DNA of 64,000 bases from Myxococcales bacterium. GTDB taxonomy: Bacteria; Myxococcota_A; Polyangia; Polyangiales; Polyangiaceae. The position numbers and the translations under genes are program-made. The stretch spans positions 192,689 to 256,688 of the forward strand of contig JADJKB010000022.1 in assembly GCA_016706225.1 (NCBI GenBank), written 5' to 3'. The notes below the pieces were generated by a model. That model was not told the DNA's origin. It searched no databases and saw nothing but the letters and a program-made list of their open reading frames with translations. This document shows positions 1 through 9,046 of this stretch, piece after piece (position 1 is the stretch's first letter; the number at the start of each line of letters is the position of its first letter).

Positions 1-3000
1 TCGCCAGAAGACGGGCGTCGACGGCCTCGCCAAGCTCTCCCTTGCCGGAGACGGCGACATCTTGGTCGCCCGACAGGGCAAAGATCTGGTCTGGCTCGGC
101 GGGCGCTCCGACAGCGGCGCGTTCGTGGCCCGCCCTCTCTCCGATGGCCTCCGCTGGTTCGTATTCGACGATCGCAAACTCTACAAACCCGGTGAGCGAG
201 TGAACGCGAAGGGTTTCGTGCGCCTGATCGGCGCCGGCACCAACGGCGATGTCACCAAGCTCCCGCGCTCTGCTGCACAACGCGTCCGGCTCGTGGCCTA
301 CGAGCCCCGCGGCAACGAAATCGCGAAGGACGTCGTGCCCGTCGATTCGGACGGCGGCTTCAACTTCGCGTTCGACATCCCCAAGGGCGCGAACCTCGGC
401 AGCGCGCGCGTCGAGCTCCACCTCGAAGGTAGCGGCTCGTACCTGCGCGACGACTACGCGCACCAGTACGAGATCCAGGAGTTTCGCAAACCCGAGTTCG
501 AGGTGACCGCGCAAGCGACGGAAGGCCCGCACTTCGTCGGCAAACACGCCATCGCCAACGTATCAGCCAGTTATTACGCGGGCGGCGGGCTGCCCGACGC
601 GGAGGTCGAGTGGAACGTTCGCGCCACGGACGCGAGCTACGTCCCGCCGAACCGCAGCAACTACCACTTTGGCAAGCCGCACCGCTGGTCGTGGTGGGCG
701 CCGGCGGACAAGAGCCGCGACGCCCACGAAGAGTGGAAAGCGAAGACCGACGCCTCGGGCAAACACCGCCTGCGCGTGGACTTCGACGGCCTCGAGCCGG
801 CGTACCCACGCCAGCTCTCCCTGGAAGCAACGGTCACCGATGTGAACCGACAGGCGTGGACCGCACGCAGCGAGATGCTGGTACACCCCGCCAGCGTGAC
901 CGTGGGCTTGCGGGAAGAGAGCACGCTGCTCTCCGCCGGCAAGAGTCTAAACCTCGACGTGATCGTGACCGACATCGATGGCAACGCCGTCGCCGGTCGC
1001 CCGGTCAGCATCAAGATGGAGCGGGTAGTGACCCGCTGGCGCGGCTCCGTCTCCGACGAGGAGGTGGGTCCCCCCGAGCCCTGCGCGCTCTCGAGCACGA
1101 CCGAGTCACAGCGCTGTAGCCTGGCGACGAAATCCGGCGGGCTGCATCGGGTGACCGCGACCGTGACCGACGTACACGGACGCCCCAGTCAGTCGCAGCT
1201 CGAGCTGTGGGTGATGGGTGAAGACCCTCCCGAGAACCCGACGCTGCGCCAAGCGCGGGTCGAGCTCGTGCCAGGGCAGCGCGAGTACAAACCCAGTGAC
1301 ACCGCAGAAATCCTGGTCGTTGCACCGTTCGCACCGGCCGAAGGCGTGCTGACCGTGCGGCGCGAGGGGCTGGTCAAGGTCGAGCGCATCCGGCTCGACA
1401 AACGCACCAGCACGCTGAAGGTGCCGCTGAACGAACACTGGTTGCAAAACGTCACCGTCGAGGTCGATCTGGTCGGCGCAACCCTGCGCGAGAATGAACG
1501 CGGTGAACCGGACGCGAGCTTGCCCAAACGCCCCGCGTTCGCCTCGGGCAGCGCGGGCCTCAAGATCCCACCCAAAGATCGCTCGCTCGCCATCCGGATC
1601 ACGCCGGAGAAAAAGGAGCTCGAGCCAGGCGGCAAGACTCGTGTTCGGTTTCAGGTCAGCGACGCGAATGGTCAACCCGTGTCGGGTGCGTCCCTCGCCA
1701 TGGTCGCGGTGGACGAGAGTGTCCTCGCGCTCGCCGGCTACCAGCTGCCGGATCCCCTCGAGGTGTTCTATCCAGCACGCTCACCCGGAGTCAGCGACTA
1801 CGAGACCCGCCTGAAGGTGGCGTTGATGCGACCCGATCTTGCGCGCATGCAGCTTCAGCCGCGGCAGAGATTCAAGGATGGCGGACTTCATCGCAAGGAG
1901 TCGGCAAAGCGCGTTCTCGGACCGATGCCCAAACCGGTGGCGACCGCAGGCTACGCAGCCAGCGCCGCTTCCCCAGCGCCGCCGGCCCCCCCCTCCAAAG
2001 CGGAGGAGCGCGCCGATGCAAAACCGGACTTCAAGAAGGCCAAAAGCAAGACGGGCAAGGACAAACCCATCGCGGTGCGCGCGGACTTCGGCTCTCTCGC
2101 CGCGTTTGTGCCGAGGCTGGTGACGGATGCCCGCGGCCGCACCGAGACCAACGTCAAGCTACCGGACAACCTCACGCGCTACCGCATCATGGCCGTGGTC
2201 GCGTCGGGCGAAAACCGCTTCGGTTCGTCCGAGAGCGCGGTCACTGCGCGGCTGCCGCTGATGGTGCGACCATCGGCGCCGCGTTTTTTGAACTTCGGCG
2301 ATCGTTTCTCGCTGCCGGTCGTGCTCCAGAACCAGACCGCAAGTCCCCTCGAGGTCGACGTGGTCGCGCGCGCGGACAACCTGTTCATGAGTGAGCCCCG
2401 CGCGCTCCGCGTGACCGTGCCGGCCAACGATCGCGTCGAGGTGCGCTTCCCGGCCGCGACGGTCTCGGCCGGCACGGCCCGGCTGCAGATTGGCGCGGTC
2501 TCTCCCGCAGGTGACGACGCGAGCGAGATCGAGCTGCCGGTCTGGACGCCCGCGACCACCGAGGCCTTCGCGACCTACGGTCAGATCGATCAGGGCGCCA
2601 TCGGCCAACCGGTGAAGATGCCGAAGGACGTCTTCAAGGAGTTCGGCAACGTCGAGATCACCACCTCGTCGACCGCGCTCCAGGGCCTGACCGACGCGCT
2701 GCTGTACCTGGTGCGGTACCCGTTCGAGTGCAACGAGCAGATCTCGAGCCGCATCCTCACCATCGCCGCGCTCCGCGACGTGCTCGGGGCGTTCGACGCG
2801 GAGAACCTGCCTCCGCCCAAGATGCTGAACAAGACCGTCGCCGACGACATCGAGAAGCTGAAGAGCCGCCAGAACTGGAGCGGGGGCTGGGACTACTGGC
2901 GGCGCGATCGACAGCCCGTGCCGTACGTCAGCGTACACGTCGCGAACGCGCTCATTCGCGCCGAAAAAGCCGGGTATTCCGTGCCGAAGGAGCTGCGCAC

Positions 3001-4225
3001 CAGCGCCCTCGGTTTCATCGCGCGCATCCGCAGCTACTTCCCGCATTGGTACTCCAAAGAGGCGCGCTGGGTGATCGAGGCCTACGCGCTCAACGTGCGC
3101 TGGCACGCGAAACAAAGCGACCCAGCCGCAGCGCGCCGGCTCATCAGCGAGGCCGGTGGAGTCACGAAGCTGCCGCTCGATGCACTCGGCTGGCTCTTGC
3201 CGGTGCTCAGCAAGGACCCCGACTCGAGCAAACAGGTCGAAGAAATCCGCCGCCACCTCGACAACCGCACGACGGAGACCGCCGGCAAGGCCCACTTCGT
3301 CACCAGCTTCGACGAGACGGCGGCCTACGTGCTGCTCGCCTCCAACCGACGCAGCGACGCCATCCTGCTCGACGCCTACATCGAAGATCGCCCCGACAGC
3401 GATCTCATCCCCAAGCTGGTCGCGGGCCTGCTCGGTCACCGCAAGCGCGGACGCTGGCTCTCGACGCAAGAGAACGTGTTCGTGCTCCTTGGCATGCACC
3501 ACTACTTCTCGACCTACGAGAAGACGACGCCCAACTTCACCGCGCGCTCGTGGCTCGGCAGCCGACTCGCGTCGGAGCACAAGTTCCAGGGCCGCAGCAC
3601 GGACCGCAAACACGTCGACATCCCGCTGGCCATGCTGGCGGAGCTGCCGCAACCCAGTCAGCTGGTGCTCGCCAAGGAGGGCGACGGCCGGCTCTACTAC
3701 CGCATTGGCCTGCAGTACGCGCCGAAGAACCTGCGCCCGCCGCCGGCCGAGCACGGTTTCTCCGTGAGCCGTCTATACGAGGGCGTGGAGAAACCCGGCG
3801 ACGTGCGCCGAGACAAGGACGGTACGTGGCGCGTGAAGGCCGGCTCCCTCGTGCGTATCAAGCTGGCGATGGTCGCTCCCGCGCGTCGTTATCACGTGGC
3901 GCTGGTCGATCCGTTGCCCGCGGGGCTCGAGCCGCTGAACCCAGCGCTCGCCACCACCGCCAGCATCCCGGTCGATCCGGCCACGGAGGACAAACAAGCC
4001 AAGTCGCCGTGGTGGTGGTCGCGCACCTGGTACGAGCACCAGAACATGCGTGACGAACGCGTCGAGGCGTTTGCCTCGCTGCTCTGGGAAGGTGTGTACG
4101 ACTACACCTACGTGGCGCGGGCGACCACGCCGGGTGAGTTCGTGGTTCCGCCACCGAAGGTCGAAGAGATGTACGATCCAGAGACCTTCGCGCGCGGCGC
4201 GGGCGACCGGATGATCGTCGAATGA
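1..4225 (+). CDS. alpha-2-macroglobulin family protein (bacterial A2M / YfhM-like), 5' end outside the window
   Basis: The frame is open from nt 2, with no stop before the listed TTG at 62, so the N-terminus is cut by the window edge. A CxEQ thioester-type motif (RYPFE-CNEQ-ISSR, nt 2729-2740) is present. More than 1380 aa of beta-rich MG-domain-like sequence follows. Third-position G/C is high in this frame. Confidence 0.8.
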   Translation, partial: RQKTGVDGLAKLSLAGDGDILVARQGKDLVWLGGRSDSGAFVARPLSDGLRWFVFDDRKLYKPGERVNAKGFVRLIGAGTNGDVTKLPRSAAQRVRLVAYEPRGNEIAKDVVPVDSDGGFNFAFDIPKGANLGSARVELHLEGSGSYLRDDYAHQYEIQEFRKPEFEVTAQATEGPHFVGKHAIANVSASYYAGGGLPDAEVEWNVRATDASYVPPNRSNYHFGKPHRWSWWAPADKSRDAHEEWKAKTDASGKHRLRVDFDGLEPAYPRQLSLEATVTDVNRQAWTARSEMLVHPASVTVGLREESTLLSAGKSLNLDVIVTDIDGNAVAGRPVSIKMERVVTRWRGSVSDEEVGPPEPCALSSTTESQRCSLATKSGGLHRVTATVTDVHGRPSQSQLELWVMGEDPPENPTLRQARVELVPGQREYKPSDTAEILVVAPFAPAEGVLTVRREGLVKVERIRLDKRTSTLKVPLNEHWLQNVTVEVDLVGATLRENERGEPDASLPKRPAFASGSAGLKIPPKDRSLAIRITPEKKELEPGGKTRVRFQVSDANGQPVSGASLAMVAVDESVLALAGYQLPDPLEVFYPARSPGVSDYETRLKVALMRPDLARMQLQPRQRFKDGGLHRKESAKRVLGPMPKPVATAGYAASAASPAPPAPPSKAEERADAKPDFKKAKSKTGKDKPIAVRADFGSLAAFVPRLVTDARGRTETNVKLPDNLTRYRIMAVVASGENRFGSSESAVTARLPLMVRPSAPRFLNFGDRFSLPVVLQNQTASPLEVDVVARADNLFMSEPRALRVTVPANDRVEVRFPAATVSAGTARLQIGAVSPAGDDASEIELPVWTPATTEAFATYGQIDQGAIGQPVKMPKDVFKEFGNVEITTSSTALQGLTDALLYLVRYPFECNEQISSRILTIAALRDVLGAFDAENLPPPKMLNKTVADDIEKLKSRQNWSGGWDYWRRDRQPVPYVSVHVANALIRAEKAGYSVPKELRTSALGFIARIRSYFPHWYSKEARWVIEAYALNVRWHAKQSDPAAARRLISEAGGVTKLPLDALGWLLPVLSKDPDSSKQVEEIRRHLDNRTTETAGKAHFVTSFDETAAYVLLASNRRSDAILLDAYIEDRPDSDLIPKLVAGLLGHRKRGRWLSTQENVFVLLGMHHYFSTYEKTTPNFTARSWLGSRLASEHKFQGRSTDRKHVDIPLAMLAELPQPSQLVLAKEGDGRLYYRIGLQYAPKNLRPPPAEHGFSVSRLYEGVEKPGDVRRDKDGTWRVKAGSLVRIKLAMVAPARRYHVALVDPLPAGLEPLNPALATTASIPVDPATEDKQAKSPWWWSRTWYEHQNMRDERVEAFASLLWEGVYDYTYVARATTPGEFVVPPPKVEEMYDPETFARGAGDRMIVE

Positions 4226-5856
4226 ACCGAAGCTTCACCGCAGTCTTGGCCCTCGGGCTCGCTCTTGCTGGCTGCGGCGACGACACAGCCAGCGAGACCA
4301 CCTCCTTTCCAGAAAAGGACTGGTCCGCCGAGGCCGACCAGCTGCTCGATGGGCCCGACTGGTACCGACACGCCGCCTTCTACGAAGTCTACGTGCGCTC
4401 GTTTCAGGACTCCGACGGCGACGGCATCGGGGATTTCAAGGGGCTCATCTCGCGCCTCGACTACCTGAAGGGACTGGGTATCGACGCCGTCTGGCTCATG
4501 CCCATCATGCCCACCCCGTTCAAGGACTCGGGCTACGACATCTCGAACTACGAGGCCGTGAACCCGGACTACGGCACCGAAGCCGACTTCGACGCGCTGC
4601 TCGCCGCAGCACACGAAAAGAAGATGCGCGTCGTCATCGATCTGGTGTTGAACCACACCAGCGACCAGCACGCCTGGTTCAGCGAGTCCCGCGCGGACAA
4701 GACCAACCCCAAGGCCGACTGGTACGTCTGGCGCGACACACCGTCGGACCCGGACATCGGCTGCGGCACCCAATCCGCCGTCTTCGGTTCGTCCGCGTGG
4801 CAGCTCGATCCCGCGCGCAACCAGTACTTCTTCCACCGCTTTTATCCCGAGCAGCCGGATCTGAACTACCGGAATCCCGAGGTCGTGGACGCAACCTTGA
4901 AGGTGGCACGCCACTGGCTCGACAAAGGCGTGGACGGCTTTCGCTGCGACGTCATCGGACTGCTCTACGAGTCCGCCAAGGAGTGCGACCTGATCCCCGA
5001 GACCCGCGACTACGTCCGCAAGCTACGCAAAGTCGTGGACGAGTATCCGGGGCGTGTGATCCTCGCCGAACCGTCCAACCTCACGGATGCCACGGGTTAC
5101 CTCGGCAATGGCAGCGACATGTTCCACATGGCCTTCCACTTCGGGTTTGGCTACTTCTGGAGCTTCCCGTTCGGCGGGCAGGACGCGACCAGCATCAACC
5201 AGACGTTCCAGAAGTCCCTGGACAACTTCCCGCCGGGCGGACAGGACGCCCTCGTGATCGGCTCGCACGACGTACAACGGGCGTACAGCGCGGCGCAGGC
5301 TGACGACACGCGCCACCAGCGCGCCGCGCTGATCCAGCTGACCGCCAAGGGCACCCCCTTCATCTACTACGGCGAAGAGGTGGCGCTGCGGCCCGGCACG
5401 AAACAGGTGGTCGACCTCCGGGACTTCGCCCGCACACCGATGCTGTGGGACGCGAGCCCGAATCACGGCTTCACCGCAGGCACGCCTTGGCTTGCCTACG
5501 GTCTGGAGGCCGATCAGTTCAACCTCGAGACGGAGACCGCTGACTCGAGCTCGATGCTGGCCTTCTACCGCTCACTGCTCGAGCTGAGGCGTGGGCGCGC
5601 GGTCTGGGGGACCGGCGAGATGGAGGTCCTGGATACGGGGACCAAGAGTGTGTTTGCGATCCTGCGCCAGGACGACTTCATGGCCTACGTCGCCGGCGTG
5701 AACATGAGCGAAGAAGACCAGTCCGCCGAGCTTGCTCGCCCGGGTCTAGGCCAACGCGCCCTTCGAGTACTCGGCAGTGGCAAACTCTCGCTCAATGCCA
5801 GTGGTGGCGCGCTCGACCTGCCGGCGAAGAGCGCGGCCATCTTCCGCGTGCGCTGA
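4222..5856 (+). CDS. GH13 alpha-amylase-family lipoprotein (alpha-glucosidase / oligo-1,6-glucosidase-like)
   Basis: Lipobox LALAGC. GH13 conserved regions are present: DLVLNHTS, GVDGFRCDVIG, ILAEP, IGSHD. The start overlaps the A2M stop (ATGA at 4222-4225). Confidence 0.85.
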   Translation: MNRSFTAVLALGLALAGCGDDTASETTSFPEKDWSAEADQLLDGPDWYRHAAFYEVYVRSFQDSDGDGIGDFKGLISRLDYLKGLGIDAVWLMPIMPTPFKDSGYDISNYEAVNPDYGTEADFDALLAAAHEKKMRVVIDLVLNHTSDQHAWFSESRADKTNPKADWYVWRDTPSDPDIGCGTQSAVFGSSAWQLDPARNQYFFHRFYPEQPDLNYRNPEVVDATLKVARHWLDKGVDGFRCDVIGLLYESAKECDLIPETRDYVRKLRKVVDEYPGRVILAEPSNLTDATGYLGNGSDMFHMAFHFGFGYFWSFPFGGQDATSINQTFQKSLDNFPPGGQDALVIGSHDVQRAYSAAQADDTRHQRAALIQLTAKGTPFIYYGEEVALRPGTKQVVDLRDFARTPMLWDASPNHGFTAGTPWLAYGLEADQFNLETETADSSSMLAFYRSLLELRRGRAVWGTGEMEVLDTGTKSVFAILRQDDFMAYVAGVNMSEEDQSAELARPGLGQRALRVLGSGKLSLNASGGALDLPAKSAAIFRVR

Positions 5857-5879
5857 GCTCACCGGCGCTCGGGCAACCG

Positions 5880-7151
5880 TCAGCGGTCCACTTCGCCCAT
5901 GATTGGATCCAGGCTGCCCAGGATCACGATGCAATCGCTCAAGCTGTGGCCAGGGAGCACGTACGGCAGACAGCTCGACGCGTGCAGGCTCGGCGGGCGG
6001 ATCTTCAGGCGGTACGGGCTCGTGCCCTTGTTCACCCCGCCCCCGATCACCCAGGTCCCGAGCTCACCGCGCGGGCTCTCGAGGGCGGCATAAGCCTGGC
6101 CCCCGGCGCTGCGCTCTTGCAGCACGATCTTGATGGGTTTGTGGCCGCAGATCGGGCCCTCCGGCACACCGTCTACCAGCTCCCGCACGATGCGAATGCT
6201 CTCGGCGATCTCGCGGATGCGCACCAACGTACGGGCCTGACAGTCGCCGGCCTTCTCGGTCTGCACCCGCACCTCGACCTCGTCGTACGCGTGGTAAGGC
6301 GCATCACGCCGCAGATCGTGGTCGACACCCGCCGCACGCAAGAGCGGTCCGCTGATCCCGAGCTCCATACACAGCTCGCCGTCGAGCACGCCGACACCCC
6401 GCGTGCGCTCCACGAAGATGCGGTTGTGTGTCATCAGATCTTCGTACTCGCCGATCCGGGACTCGATGACTTCGAGCGAGCGCTTGACGAGGCTGGCCCA
6501 GCCCTCGGGGATATCGTGGCGATTCCCGCCGACGGTGTGGGTGTTGTAGTGGAACCGGCATCCCGTCAGCATCTCGAACAGGTCGAGGATCAGCTCGCGT
6601 TCGCGGAAGCAGTGCAGAAATACGGTGGAGCCACCGCCAAGGGCGCCGCCCAGATCCAGCGCAAACGTGCCGAGCCAGAGCAGGTGGCTGGCAATGCGCT
6701 GCAGCTCCGCGACCAGAGTGCGGATGTAACGCGCACGCCGGGGCACCTCCGCTCCGAGCAACGCCTCGAACGCCATGTTGATGGCTTGCTCGTTCATCAT
6801 CGGCGACACGTAGTCGTTCTTGTCGACGATGGGCGTTATCTGCGTGAACGCCAGCTTCTCACACAGCTTCTCGACACCGCGATGCAGGTACCCGGCGTAG
6901 GGCACCGCCTTCACGATCAGCTCACCGTCGAGGTAGAGCTTCACGCGGAACACACCGTGAGTGCTCGGGTGCTGCGGCCCGAGGTTCAACACCATCATGT
7001 CGGCTTCGGGGTCGTAGTCCTCGATCTTCAGGTACGGATCCCCGCGCTGGATCGAGGCCACTGCACCCGGCACGCGCCAGGCAGGGCCGGGCCTCTCGGC
7101 CGCCTTCTTGGCCGGTTTCTCGGGGACGGGATCGACGCTCAGCTCCATCAA
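5880..7151 (-). CDS. nuoD: NADH-quinone oxidoreductase subunit D
   Basis: NLGPQHPSTHGVFRV and the remainder of the 49-kDa-subunit pattern. It follows nuoC after a 1-nt gap. Confidence 0.95.
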   Translation of the reverse strand: MMELSVDPVPEKPAKKAAERPGPAWRVPGAVASIQRGDPYLKIEDYDPEADMMVLNLGPQHPSTHGVFRVKLYLDGELIVKAVPYAGYLHRGVEKLCEKLAFTQITPIVDKNDYVSPMMNEQAINMAFEALLGAEVPRRARYIRTLVAELQRIASHLLWLGTFALDLGGALGGGSTVFLHCFRERELILDLFEMLTGCRFHYNTHTVGGNRHDIPEGWASLVKRSLEVIESRIGEYEDLMTHNRIFVERTRGVGVLDGELCMELGISGPLLRAAGVDHDLRRDAPYHAYDEVEVRVQTEKAGDCQARTLVRIREIAESIRIVRELVDGVPEGPICGHKPIKIVLQERSAGGQAYAALESPRGELGTWVIGGGVNKGTSPYRLKIRPPSLHASSCLPYVLPGHSLSDCIVILGSLDPIMGEVDR

Positions 7152-7152
7152 C

Positions 7153-7647
7153 TCATCTCCAGGGAGAGCACGCCGTGTCGATGGCGTAGTCTTTTCTGAG
7201 CGGATGCCCTTCCCAGTCGTCGGGCATCATCAGGCGGCGCAGGTCCGGATGGTTTTCGAAGACCACACCGACCAGGTCGTACTGTTCACGTTCCTGCCAG
7301 TCGGCCCCGGCGTACAGCGGCACCAGCGACTCGATGCCCTCGCCGACCGCGAGCTTCACCCGCCAGGTCGCAATGTCCGCGCCCTTGCCAGGCTTGCGCA
7401 GGACGGTCGCGATCTCGAATAGCTCGGGCTGTTCGGGTCCAGCCTTGCCCGCAGCCTGCGGCAAGTAGTGCGTCGCGACGACTGTGACGTAGATGCGGTA
7501 ACCGAGCTGCTTCAGTTGTTTCGCCAGCTCGAAGTGGCGTGCGCGGTCCACGACCGGCGGTGAGTCCGCCGGGAACTCGCTCACGCCGAACGAGTCAGCG
7601 AGGAGTTTGTCCAGCTCGTCGTTCTTGGCAACGCCCTTGGCTCCCAT
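7153..7647 (-). CDS. nuoC: NADH-quinone oxidoreductase subunit C
   Basis: WQEREQYDLVGVVFENHPDLRRLMMPDDWEGHPLRKDY matches the 30-kDa-subunit signature. Confidence 0.9.
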   Translation of the reverse strand: MGAKGVAKNDELDKLLADSFGVSEFPADSPPVVDRARHFELAKQLKQLGYRIYVTVVATHYLPQAAGKAGPEQPELFEIATVLRKPGKGADIATWRVKLAVGEGIESLVPLYAGADWQEREQYDLVGVVFENHPDLRRLMMPDDWEGHPLRKDYAIDTACSPWR

Positions 7648-7650
7648 GCG

Positions 7651-8427
7651 CTACTCCTTCGCCTGACTGGGCGCGGCCTTGGCCTCGACTGCCGGTGGCT
7701 TCCGCAGCTCCGCCAGCTTCGCCTCGAGCCGCTCGCCGACCTTCGAACGGCGCAGCTCGACCAAGTTCATCTCGGTTCCGTGACCCAAGCTGCCAGCGCT
7801 CTCGGTCTGTTGAAGGCTGAGCTCTTCGGGCCGCGTCGGGTCGTCCATGCGCGGTAACGACGGGCGCCGCATGTACTCGGGAGTGGGCGGACGCTCCGCC
7901 TCGTCGCGGGGTTTTCCAGCCCGAAACGCCTTGATCTTCTCCTGCAGCCGCATCAGCCCGTGCATCAGCTCTTCCGGGTTGGGCGGGCAGCCCGGCACGT
8001 ACACGTCGACCGGCAAGAACGTATCGATGCCGGGCACGACCGAGTAGATGTCGCGGTAAAAATCGCCGCTGATCGCGCAAGAGCCCATGGCCAGACACCA
8101 CTTCGGCTCCGGCATCTGATCCCAGAGTTTCTTCACCCGCGCCGCCATCTTCACGGTGATGGTGCCGGCCACGACCATGATGTCGCTCTGCCGGGGCGTG
8201 CCGCGGACGATGGTCCCCATGCGATCGAGATCGACCCGGCTCGCCGCGGCGGCCATGAACTCGATGCCGCAGCAGCTGGTCGCCATGGGGAAGATCCAGA
8301 GCGAGTTCGACGCGCCCCAGCTCAGGAGTTTGTCGACGCTGGTCGTCGCGACGTCCAACCCAGGCATCTTCGCCATGAAGTCGTACAGCGGGTGGCTGTA
8401 CGCTCTGTCGTCTTCGTTCACGCCCAT
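7651..8427 (-). CDS. nuoB: NADH-quinone oxidoreductase subunit B with a roughly 90-aa C-terminal extension
   Basis: Cluster N2 ligand motifs [14 protein letters not shown] and PGCPP. The Lys/Glu/Ala/Pro-rich tail after EKIKAFR is not part of the usual NuoB core. Confidence 0.9.
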   Translation of the reverse strand: MGVNEDDRAYSHPLYDFMAKMPGLDVATTSVDKLLSWGASNSLWIFPMATSCCGIEFMAAAASRVDLDRMGTIVRGTPRQSDIMVVAGTITVKMAARVKKLWDQMPEPKWCLAMGSCAISGDFYRDIYSVVPGIDTFLPVDVYVPGCPPNPEELMHGLMRLQEKIKAFRAGKPRDEAERPPTPEYMRRPSLPRMDDPTRPEELSLQQTESAGSLGHGTEMNLVELRRSKVGERLEAKLAELRKPPAVEAKAAPSQAKE

Positions 8428-8443
8428 GCTTCGTCTCCGCTGC

Positions 8444-8803
8444 TCAGTGCCAGTCGAGCGCGCCCTTCTTGAGCGCGTACCACCAGCCGAGCATCAAGAT
8501 CGCGATGAAGACCAGCATGTCGATGATGGCAATGAGGCCGAGCTTGCCTACGCTGATCGCCCAGGGAAACAGGAACGCCGCTTCGACGTCGAAGAGCACG
8601 AACACGAGCGCGACTACGTAATAACGCGGGTGGAACTTCAGCCAGGCCGGACCCTCGGGCTCCTCACCACACTCGTAGGTCTGGTGTTTGAGCGGAGAGT
8701 CTCTCCGGGCTTTGACCGACAGCACCTTCGCGATCACCAGCATGCTGGAGCCGACGATGGCGGACAGGATCAAGAAGGCCAGTGCTGAGGCCCAGGCGTT
8801 CAC
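8444..8803 (-). CDS. nuoA: NADH-quinone oxidoreductase subunit A
   Basis: A 119-aa three-helix protein with [15 protein letters not shown] start with GGAG a few nt upstream. It is the first gene of the nuoABCD block. Confidence 0.85.
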   Translation of the reverse strand: MNAWASALAFLILSAIVGSSMLVIAKVLSVKARRDSPLKHQTYECGEEPEGPAWLKFHPRYYVVALVFVLFDVEAAFLFPWAISVGKLGLIAIIDMLVFIAILMLGWWYALKKGALDWH

Positions 8804-8825
8804 ACGATTGCTCCGTGGAAAAGTT

Positions 8826-8846
8826 ACGTCACGTCACGTTGTGACG
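8826..8846. promoter_or_regulatory. ACGTCAC direct repeat plus CGTCAC-GTT-GTGACG palindrome upstream of nuoA
   Basis: The sequence acgtcacgtcacgttgtgacg lies 23-43 nt upstream of the nuoA start on the minus strand. The arms CGTCAC and GTGACG are exact reverse complements. Confidence 0.3.
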
Positions 8847-8970
8847 AGCCCCCTCTTCTAACATGGGCGGGGTCGGCCCGGGGCAGCGCCGGCCGCCCCA
8901 GGGCTTTGGGGTCCGGAGAGGGTCCTTCAGGCGCCCGCTCCAGGCCCGGGAAGGCCGGGAGAATTGGGCC

Positions 8971-8999
8971 TTGACGTTTTGTTGAACGTGTTCAATATT
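8971..8999 (+). promoter_or_regulatory. sigma-70-like promoter (TTGACG, 17-nt spacer, AATATT)
   Basis: TTGACG at 8971-8976 and AATATT at 8994-8999, within an AT-rich island in GC-rich DNA about 50 nt upstream of the ATG at 9047. Confidence 0.4.
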
Positions 9000-9012
9000 T
9001 GAACGTGTTCAA
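8982..9012. promoter_or_regulatory. tandem palindromic operator, 2 x TTGAACGTGTTCAA
   Basis: Identical 14-mers at 8982-8995 and 8999-9012 are separated by TAT. Each is an inverted repeat, TTGAAC-nn-GTTCAA. They overlap the promoter spacer, the -10 element and the start region. Confidence 0.6.
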
Positions 9013-9046
9013 CACGGGCTCTCGGCCCGGAAAGGAGCTTCGAAGC

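Noticed and set aside
2159-3754. 531-aa antisense ORF inside the A2M gene, and similar long mirror or shifted ORFs (5946-7199 +, 8927-10339 -, 22702-24099 -, 26119-27708 +, 28423-29958 +, 29589-31307 -, 46074-47639 -, 52214-54022 +, 53187-54584 -, 59209-60417 -)
   Set aside because: Each overlaps a gene on the other strand or frame that has recognisable family motifs and the high third-position G/C signal. Their own translations are Arg/Ala/Pro/Gly-rich with no motifs.
8999-9046. TTG start at 8999 for the small membrane protein, as given in the ORF track
   Set aside because: The TTG lies inside the second operator palindrome and has no RBS. The in-frame ATG at 9047 has AAGGAG 8 nt upstream.
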